DNA of 64,000 bases, from the NCBI GenBank assembly GCA_000004985.1, contig GG738870.1; one strand, given 5' to 3'. The stretch's first letter is position 1, and the number at the start of each line of letters is the position of its first letter. This document shows, piece by piece, positions 55,846 through 64,000 of this stretch. The DNA is from Naegleria gruberi (Eukaryota). Position numbers and translations under genes: made by a program. The notes below the pieces were generated by a model that was not told where the DNA came from, ran no database searches, and saw only the letters and a program-made list of their open reading frames with translations.

Positions 55846-56871
55846 ATGAGAAAACAACATTGTTTTCTATTCCTCATTGTACTATGCCACTGGTCAACCA
55901 TGATTCTCGCTCACTGCCCACCTGGATATTATGATAATAATGTCCCACATGAGAGCAGATGTATCCTTTGTGGTTTCGGTCAGTACTGTCCAGGCAATGG
56001 CCAATATTTCAATTGTCCTTCTGGAACCATTGCTCCAAATACAGGAATGTCATCTTGCACAAAATGTTCATACAGCAATAGAACCAACAGTGCCTCAACT
56101 GTTTGTTTGTTGGCAGACACTCCAAATAATGCGCAAGAAGCTCTCGAATATGGTACAGACTCCGGTGATGACAACTTGGATCTATTCAAGATTAGTGCAA
56201 AGCAACAATTTTACTTTACCACTATTGAAACTGCTGACATACCATTAGATAGATCTCATCCCATTCAATACAGCTTCGTTGCTACAAACAGGAAATACGA
56301 CATTCCACTCATTGTGATCGCTTCCACTAAAACTGGTCAACCAAGCAAGAGCAACTTTCAATGGATTGCCTCTGGACAAAATGCCACACTCATTATTCCA
56401 GTCGACTGGATCGATACAAACACAAACTTTATTGGTTTATACTTCTCTATCATCCCATCTGTTGATTATACCGTTCCATTTCTTGCAACAACTTTTAAAC
56501 ATTTCAGAGGTGAAATATTCGCAATTCCAAATAGAAAGGTTAGTCAAGATTTCAAGACTTTTCAGTTTATGACAAACCAAGCAGTTGTTGAATGGAGTGG
56601 AATTCCATCCTTGAGAAAGGTGAATGTTTCTGTGACATTAAGTGATTTGACTCATCAAGATGATTCCAATCTATTCTTTAGTTTGTGTTATTCAACTATT
56701 CCAACAATTGATTTTCCAAACTTTTTCAATTCCAATATGGTTGTCAGAGGTAAAGTCAATAATCAGATCAATATCATTCTGGAAAATATATCTGGAGGAA
56801 AATTGAAACTAGGTGTCGTTGGTGGTCTAATTGACTTGGCAAGAATCACTGCAGAACTTGTCATCTTGTAA
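55846..56871 (+). CDS. Secreted protein with Cys-rich furin/TNFR-like repeats, 341 aa
   Basis: Signal peptide FLFLIVLCHWSTMILA, followed by CPPGYYDN...CILCGFGQYCPG...CPSGT...CTKCS. ATG ORF. Confidence 0.5.
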   Translation: MRKQHCFLFLIVLCHWSTMILAHCPPGYYDNNVPHESRCILCGFGQYCPGNGQYFNCPSGTIAPNTGMSSCTKCSYSNRTNSASTVCLLADTPNNAQEALEYGTDSGDDNLDLFKISAKQQFYFTTIETADIPLDRSHPIQYSFVATNRKYDIPLIVIASTKTGQPSKSNFQWIASGQNATLIIPVDWIDTNTNFIGLYFSIIPSVDYTVPFLATTFKHFRGEIFAIPNRKVSQDFKTFQFMTNQAVVEWSGIPSLRKVNVSVTLSDLTHQDDSNLFFSLCYSTIPTIDFPNFFNSNMVVRGKVNNQINIILENISGGKLKLGVVGGLIDLARITAELVIL

Positions 56872-56953
56872 TAATTGTCTTATTAAACTCTGGTTTATTG
56901 TAATAAATTTAAAAGATTTAACAAATCCATATTAAACAAAAAAAATACCACCA

Positions 56954-57697
56954 ATGAGATTCGAGCCATCGGAAGAGGATTTGAAATATTTTGATCGGAA
57001 TTTATTTCATGACATGGGAGAGATTAAAACATTGCTATCGTTCTATCATTACTATTCGTGCCAGGAATTAATGTTTGAAAAATTGAAAATAACAAAGGCT
57101 GGTGTAGGAAAATGGTATGGTTATGATCCATTTATTAAAATATGCATGAGCAAATACATGATGGGGAGTAAACCATCTTGTTTGGAGAAGTGGAGTGATG
57201 TAGATTGGATGGAAAAGGATTTCACAGCTAGGGAAAGAAGGGATTTATTCAAGAAAATTGCAACTTGCAATCATTCAGTCAGTAGTCCTAAACTAGATGA
57301 GGATGTGGGTGTGACAAAACATTATATAGATTTATTGGAGAAAAGGACTGGGTTGTCTTCCAAACTCTTGCCCCAGCTCTATAAAAATCTGTCAAAAGCC
57401 CCAATTCAACAAGATGAATTTAGTCTTGCTGCGGAAGATGTTCAAAGAGTTATTAAAGAAAATGGTCTGGAAAACCAAGCACAACTTTCTGAATATGACA
57501 GGGAATTGAATTCAAAACTGAAACATTTTCCATTGAAATATTCACTCTTGTCCACAGATTATTTTGCAAATTATACAATGGGATGTATAAGAAACTTTGT
57601 AGAAAGAAATCATTTATTTAGCAATGAGGAAATCTTAGATAGAACTCTAATTTCTCAACAATTGCATTGCATACTGGGCATTGAAATAGAAAGATAA
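56954..57697 (+). CDS. Hypothetical protein, 247 aa
   Basis: ATG ORF; no motif recognised. Confidence 0.45.
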   Translation: MRFEPSEEDLKYFDRNLFHDMGEIKTLLSFYHYYSCQELMFEKLKITKAGVGKWYGYDPFIKICMSKYMMGSKPSCLEKWSDVDWMEKDFTARERRDLFKKIATCNHSVSSPKLDEDVGVTKHYIDLLEKRTGLSSKLLPQLYKNLSKAPIQQDEFSLAAEDVQRVIKENGLENQAQLSEYDRELNSKLKHFPLKYSLLSTDYFANYTMGCIRNFVERNHLFSNEEILDRTLISQQLHCILGIEIER

Positions 57698-57917
57698 GAT
57701 TTTTGTTAAATATTTTAGTATAACACCCTTTCCATTCCTTTCTCAATACATTTCCAATAAAGTTTAATCTATTAACCATGCTAGTCTGGTTCCTTGTTCT
57801 AACCTTCAGCAAAACCAAGCATGATTTTGGTCTCTTCAAAACAAGATCAAAACAAATCAAACAAAAACTATCAGTGCAACCGTTGCTGAATAATAATAAA
57901 TAGAGATCGAAATCATC

Positions 57918-58951
57918 ATGGGGTTCAACGTTACGACCTTGCTCTTGGACAAGTTCACCGAAGAGTTGAAGAAAGGCTATGAAAAAACCTACGGAGGCTT
58001 GAATTCAAACTACAAAGTAAGTGTCAAATATTCAAATATAATCTAATCATCATCTTCTCCCACAGGAAATTATTTGTTGGGCTGCTAATATGGCATTGGA
58101 TATTATTTCTAATAGTGATGCTTTGTATCATAATGTTGAACATACAATTCATGTCACTTTGGTTGGTCAGGAGATTTTGAGAGGTAAGTTGTGTGGCTAG
58201 AGATTATTTCGGAGGCTAATATCATCATAGGTAAACATATTAAAGAAGGAGGAGTGTCATCAGAAGATTGGCTTCATTGTATCATCAGTCTCTTGTGTCA
58301 CGATATTGGTAGGTTTTATATTTAAATATTTGATGACAATAACAAATCAATATTATTATGACAGGATATGTTAGAGGAGTTTGTAAAAAGGATAACATTG
58401 AACAAGGAATATTTGCTACTGGAAAAGGAGAAGAAACAGTAACTGTAATATCAGGCTCAACTGATGCTTCATTAACCCCTTATCATGTCGATAGAGGCAA
58501 ATTATTTGTTGAGGAAAGATTTAGTGGACATTCTCTGATTAAGGTATCAGTTATTCAAAAGAATATTGAGCTCACTAGATTCCCAGTTCCAATTGGAGAA
58601 GATCCAAAAGATTCTAATGGGTATCCAGGTATTGTTAGAGCAGCTGATTTAATTGGTCAATTATCAGAACCTCGTTATTTACAAAAAATTGCAGCTCTCT
58701 ATTATGAATTTGCAGAAACAGGAACAGCAATCAAGCTTGGTTACAAATGCCCAGGTGATTTGAGAAACTCCTATCCTAAATTCTATTGGAAATCAGTTTA
58801 TCCTTATATTAAGAATATTTTACCATTCCTCAACACAACTCAAGAAGGTAAATTCTATCTTGCTGGTCTCTATGCCAATGTCTTCAGCGTTGAGCATCTT
58901 GAAGGATCAATCTCTCCTGTCGATGAAGCTCCTGTAAATGTTGAACACTAA
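57918..58951 (+). CDS. HD-domain metal-dependent phosphohydrolase. Four exons: 57918-58016, 58066-58183, 58231-58308, 58365-58951
   Basis: HD metal ligands HNVEHTIHV and LLCHDIG. Donors GTAAGT, GTAAGT and GTAGGT. The phase-1 junctions rebuild Gly codons (R|G|KHIK and DI|G|YVRGVC). Total 293 aa. Confidence 0.65.
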
Positions 58952-59327
58952 ACCATCATACTATTGTAAAATAAATTCATGAAATTACTTGTACAATTGT
59001 TTTAAAGGTTTTCTTAATACGTTTTTACACTGAATAAAAAGGCAGGACATAGTTACCAGTTATCTACTGTAAATTAATTTCACCAATCAAGACATGGTTT
59101 ATTATCTTTGATAGAGAATCATGGAAAATAGGAAAGCAATAAAAACTCTCTCTAAATGACCGACATGTCCACGAATTAAAAGTACAATAAGCACAACGAG
59201 TTCAAGTTTTGTTGTCAATGTTATTGCGACACTTCACCAAAAACTGGCTGTATTCTTTATCCTTCCTCAAAAAAAAAACAACTAACCTCTCACTCCACAC
59301 TACGTCATCATCATTCTAGAGAAGAAA

Positions 59328-61727
59328 ATGGTCAACAGTGAATTGAACAAGCTTCCATTCCATGAACAAGAATTGATCGAAAAACATTTGACCAATATGA
59401 ACTTATTGGGAGGATTGGATCATTATGACCATGCTGGATATTTAAAGTACTCCGATAGGATGGGTAATTCATCATCTGGCTCTGAGATTTTCATTCATCA
59501 AGACTTGTTGAAAAACAATAGTAATGTTTTGGAGATGAATCACACAAGCAATTCAAAACAATTAAGTTTTGCCGATCCTGATATTCGTAAACAGTTAATG
59601 GATGAATATAATAAGCATATTTTAAATCCTTACGGTAATGGTCTTTCTAGATTGTTTGATTGTGTGGATTTGCACGCTAATCAAAGACCAAATGATATTG
59701 CCATTCGTGAATATAATACTGGAGAAGATGTTACTTGGTCTCAGCTTCAGCTCAGTAGTAGAGCTATTGCTGCCAAAATGTTATCTTTGGGATCCTTTAA
59801 AAAGGGAGATATCGTTGTTACTCATCTTCCTCTATTGAAGGAACATTTGTATTTTATGTATGCTTGTTGGAGATTGGGAGTCATTGTTGTTCCACTCGAT
59901 TTACGTTTGAAAGATAGTGAAATTTGTGTTTCTTTGGATAAATTATTAGGCATTACACCAAATGATACAAAGGGAAATGGAAAGGTTAAAATGTTTGTCT
60001 TTTTGGGTAAAACTCCAATTCATGATTTCCGTCCTATCATTGACCAAGTAATGGATAGATTTGTTTCAAAAATTCCACATTGGATTCAATTCCAAAAGGA
60101 AAAGGAATTTATCATGCCACGTGCTGTTAGTGTTACTGACTTTTTGTCTGATGCCAAGAGTGTGTATATTATGAACAGAATTAAGGAACTGTCACTTGGA
60201 ATGATCCTTCCATCCTCTTTAGTATCAACAGTCGCTTCAATGGAAGCACAATGCACACGTCGTACACCAAATCTCATTATTTTCACAACTGGATCAACTG
60301 GTGTTTCAAAGGCCGCTATTCTTTGTCATGAAGGTATTTTAATGCAAAATTTGGCTACCAAAATTGCATTTACAGGTATCTTCCCTAATCCACACAAATT
60401 GGTCAACTTGTGCAACCTTCCTCCATCACATGTTGGTTGTCTCACTGAACAAGTTTTGACAGCCATCTATGGAGGTGGTCAATTGGTTATTATTCACGTT
60501 TTTGAACCAGAAAAATCCCTTGATGCAGTTCAAAAGTACAAATGTAACCTTATTGGACAAATTCCAGCCCTTTTCTCAATGGTAAGTTTTTTTAAAATGT
60601 TCAATGAACAAAATCTAACTCTATTAGGAATGGGCTTTACCTAACTATAAAAAATATGACATTTCAAGCTTGGGAATGGCAATTTATGGTGGTCAAGCTG
60701 TTACTAAGCCATTCTTGCATAAAATGCAAGCTATGGCTCCATATATTGGTTCAGGATTGGGACTTACTGAAACAGCTGGTTTTTGTACATATACTCCAGT
60801 TGGTATTTCTGTTGATCAAATGTCTCTAAGTATTGGATTTGATGCTCCTTTCTGCCCAATTTCAATTCGTGATCCTCCAAGAAAAGTCACTTGTCCAAGA
60901 ACAGGCAAAGTCTTCTTAATTGCAGGAGAAGAAAAAAAGCCAGGAGAAGTAGGTGAAATTTGTCATAATGGACCTCAAATCTTCCTTGGTTATTTGAATG
61001 ATTCCAAGACAACAGGTGAAACTATCATTCCAATAGATTTGGATACAGCAGCTAAATTGGATTATTCAAAGATTTTGAATTATGATCCAATTGATGGAAA
61101 TTTGAATGGAACAAACAAATCAGGAATTGTCAACCAAACCCACCCAGTTAATTATTATAATCTCCTTTTATATACTGGTGATATTGGTTCATATGATTCA
61201 ACAGGTCTTCATTTTGCTTCCAGAAGAAAATTCATCATCAAGCCAAAAGGATATCAAGTCTTCCCAGGTGAAGTTGAAGAACATTTGGAACAACACTTTA
61301 AATTATTGGGAGCTCCTCAAAGTTTGAAGAATGGAAAGCTTTGGGATATGGTAAAGTCAAGATTTGAGGAACAAAAAGATGAAAGCGCTGTTTTAAGAGT
61401 TGGTGTTGTTGGTGTGGAGCATGAAATTTATTCTGAAGCTGTTGTTGCTGTCGTTGAATTGAAGAAAGACCTTGTTGAGCTTGCCAAACAACACACAACA
61501 GATCCAGAACGTTGGTTCGATTTAATTTTGAATGAGAAGGAAATTATAGAAGCATGTAAGGATATTGCTGCTTATAAGAGACCTTCCTATGTTTTCTTCT
61601 ACCTCCTGGAATGGATATGCCTCTCAATAGAACAGCCAAGATTGATTATTTGGCCTTACAAGATTTTGCCAAGAAACAAGCTGCTGCTTTGGAACAAAAG
61701 AAGAAACTTCGTTACTCGTCACTCTAA
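59328..61727 (+). CDS. AMP-dependent acyl-CoA synthetase/ligase. Exons 59328-60581 and 60628-~61600, with an apparent frameshift near 61596-61608 before the last ~40 codons
   Basis: AMP-binding motifs IIFTTGSTGVSKA, YTGDIG, GYQVFPGEVE. GTAAGT intron 60582-60627 joins FSM|EWALPNYKKYDISSL. The conserved tail LPPGMDMPLNRTAKIDYLAL...* (stop at 61725-61727) is in a different frame from KRPSYVFFY. Confidence 0.6.
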
Positions 61728-62460
61728 GAAGAATATTAAAATTATTAACACAAAATATCTTATTGTAAACCATCTTCTTTCATAAAGAGTTTCACTTGTA
61801 AAAACACCTTGCAATATTAACATTAAATAATTCACTCTCTTCAACTCTTCCCATCACAATAAGGTTTAGTATATTTAAAGAACCAACCTCAAAAAAATAC
61901 TCATCATCTAAACTTCCTTAAAAACAAACTGAGTATTTATCAATATCCAACTCTCTTCAAAGCATTTCACAATTTTATACAACACCTTCACAACATAATT
62001 AATCAACATCTGTAGTTGTATAACCTATTACCTTATTTCTATTTTTATCAATTGTGTATGAAAAAATACCCTTCCTTTTATTGCTCAAAGGCAACTTCTT
62101 CCTGTCTTGCCTCTTCTGTTCTATGAATCTTTTATTACTCCGTGATTTGGCTTTTTCGGTAGCCATTTCGATGACAAGTCGTTAAAGTGATTCTCCAGCA
62201 TAAATTTGACGTCTTCGCTGCTCAAAAGGATTTGTGCTCAAATTCCGTCTAAAAATAAAATCAAAAAAAAAACACCTAGAAAACCAACGTAAATTTTCTA
62301 CAACGGTTTTCTTCTAGACAAGTACTGCGACTCTAATTTTACGATTACTTTGCGTGAATAATTTATTATTGGCTAATTTCATCATTCAACGGATTTTCCA
62401 TTATACAACAAATTGGAAGTAAAAGGATTTTAGGATAAACGTTTATCATAAAACATCAAA

Positions 62461-63609
62461 ATGAGACAACAAATTATGGAAGGAGAAACATTTGATATAC
62501 CGGAATATTATAAATTGGAAAAGATTATTGGTAGAGGATCGTATGGAGTTGTTGCTAGTGCTCTTGATACGAGGACTAATGAACGAGTTGCCATCAAGAA
62601 GATTTCCAATATTTTCCAAAAAAACAAGGACTATCAAAAACGTATTGTTAGAGAGTTGAAAATTCTAAAACACTACAATAGTGTTCATGGACATGAGAAT
62701 ATTGTTCAATTGAAGGACTTGGTTGTTCCAAGATCTGAAAATGAACTGAAGGATTTGTTCATTATAACTGAGTTGATGGATTGTACTGTTAGAGACGTTT
62801 TAAAGAGTAATCAAGCATTTACTGAAATTAACACCATTTACTTTTTGTATCATATGTTGAAAGGGTTGGCCTTTATCCACAGCTCTGGTATTGCTCACAG
62901 AGATATCAAACCTCAGAATATTTTGGTCAATGAGGTTTTCAGAATTGCCTACTGCGACTTTGGTTTATCGAGAGGAGTTGATATTGACTCTAAAATTTCT
63001 ACTAACGATGTTGCCTCAATGTGGTACAGGTCTCCTGAAGTTATTCTTGGTTATGAATATGGAATGAAACCAATGGATATTTGGGGTATTGGTTGTATTA
63101 TGGGTGAAATGCTCGCTTCAGGTAAAGTTTTATTCCAAGGTTCTTCTGCTCTCGATGTATTAGACAAACAACTTGAATTACTTGGTACACCAGAAGAAAG
63201 TGCAGTTAAAGGTTCTTTCAAAGCTGTCAAGTATTTCAAGTCGCTACCAGTCAAACAAAGACCAGACTGGAAAACATATTTCCCTAACGCCTCTCCAGAA
63301 GCTCTTGACCTGCTGTCCAAGATGTTAGAATTTGACCCAGATAGAAGAATCACAGCTGAACAAGCTCTTCAACATCCTTACCTTTCGTGTATTAGAGAAC
63401 AATACATGAGTGATGAAGAAATAGTGTGTAATTCTAAGTTTGACTATAGATTTGATGAATCTATGAAAACAGAATCTGTGCGTAAATTCCTTTATGAAGA
63501 ACTCAAACAATTTGTCCAATACAGTAACACATCTCCAAACCCAATAGTGAAGGATGAAACTGTGACATCACCACTTCCAACATCCAGAACAATTGGATGT
63601 ACTAATTAG
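62461..63609 (+). CDS. CMGC-group Ser/Thr protein kinase, MAPK-like, 382 aa
   Basis: GRGSYGVVASA glycine loop; VAIKKI; HRDIKPQNILVN; DFGLSR; WYRSPE. No TxY in the activation loop. ATG start; one exon. Confidence 0.75.
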   Translation: MRQQIMEGETFDIPEYYKLEKIIGRGSYGVVASALDTRTNERVAIKKISNIFQKNKDYQKRIVRELKILKHYNSVHGHENIVQLKDLVVPRSENELKDLFIITELMDCTVRDVLKSNQAFTEINTIYFLYHMLKGLAFIHSSGIAHRDIKPQNILVNEVFRIAYCDFGLSRGVDIDSKISTNDVASMWYRSPEVILGYEYGMKPMDIWGIGCIMGEMLASGKVLFQGSSALDVLDKQLELLGTPEESAVKGSFKAVKYFKSLPVKQRPDWKTYFPNASPEALDLLSKMLEFDPDRRITAEQALQHPYLSCIREQYMSDEEIVCNSKFDYRFDESMKTESVRKFLYEELKQFVQYSNTSPNPIVKDETVTSPLPTSRTIGCTN

Positions 63610-63788
63610 TTCATTCACCTCGATTTTGTTGAGGTTTTAATAACGAGAGACACTTGGTGAATGATACTAACGTGATGAATCCAATTGATTCATCATTTTT
63701 GCCAATCACATTCATACAGAGTCAGCCCAAATTGCTAGGATTTATTTATTTAATTTAACGCTAGTAGTAAAATAAAACCCAAATAAGG

Positions 63789-64000
63789 TTAAACTTGCTT
63801 TAAAAATTGTTTGTATTCTTTAGCTATGGAAAATAGTTCCAAACAACCACAAGTTTTGCAGTGGAAAGAAAGACAAAATTCAGGGCTATTGAATTCCTTG
63901 TAGCTCACCAATTCTAAATCACTTGCTACTTTGTAAAGTTGACCAGCTTTTTCCTTGTTTGTATTGGCGAAAAATCTAGCTGCAGAAACTAGCATATATG
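63789..64000 (-). CDS. Possible 3' end of a minus-strand gene running off the window end (Cys-containing C-terminus)
   Basis: A 68-codon open frame reaches the window edge. There is too little sequence to classify. Confidence 0.25.
   Translation of the reverse strand, partial: YMLVSAARFFANTNKEKAGQLYKVASDLELVSYKEFNSPEFCLSFHCKTCGCLELFSIAKEYKQFLKQV

Overview
This window is eukaryotic nuclear DNA, not prokaryotic. The sequence is AT-rich (roughly 30-38% GC in coding regions) and gene-dense. Genes are interrupted by many very short spliceosomal introns of 39-84 nt with GTAAGT-type donors and AG acceptors. There is a nuclear-type tRNA-Leu(CAA) followed by a T-run, and no operon structure. I found no rRNA, no CRISPR array and no recognisable transposon ORF.

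Many 'M' starts in the supplied ORF track turned out to be TTG codons. I therefore re-derived each start from the first in-frame ATG and built splice models by hand, using conserved protein motifs as anchors.

About 40 genes are supported. The recognisable products are:
- an NCLX/CCX-type Na+/Ca2+ exchanger containing a 14-nt micro-exon
- an ankyrin-repeat protein
- an M3 thimet-oligopeptidase-like peptidase
- a B-box/NHL protein
- a PLAC8 protein
- a long protein combining an F-box with an atypical Ras-like GTPase
- a LisH-RasGEF
- a JmjC-domain protein
- the mitochondrial GTPase MTG1
- an aldo-keto reductase
- a nucleolar ribosome-biogenesis protein
- a Kelch/2xBTB protein
- an ABHD-type hydrolase
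- a Zn(II)2Cys6 transcription factor
- a GH47 alpha-1,2-mannosidase
- a protein with a C-terminal H2A-like histone fold
- an HD-domain hydrolase
- an acyl-CoA synthetase with an apparent C-terminal frameshift
- a CMGC/MAPK-like kinase

The Zn2Cys6 factor, the short introns and the AT-richness suggest an early-diverging fungus or an amoebozoan-like protist. I cannot name the species.

I see no prokaryotic defence or novel 'system'. The most interesting signals are:
- the F-box plus pseudo-GTPase fusion protein
- a fragmented F-box/LRR locus carrying an orphan WD40 fragment
- a perfect 22-bp hairpin immediately 3' of the peptidase gene
- a GC-rich promoter motif that recurs in two promoters
- a run of AAATTTCCA repeats upstream of one gene
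- the C-terminal H2A-fold protein
- the acyl-CoA synthetase frameshift
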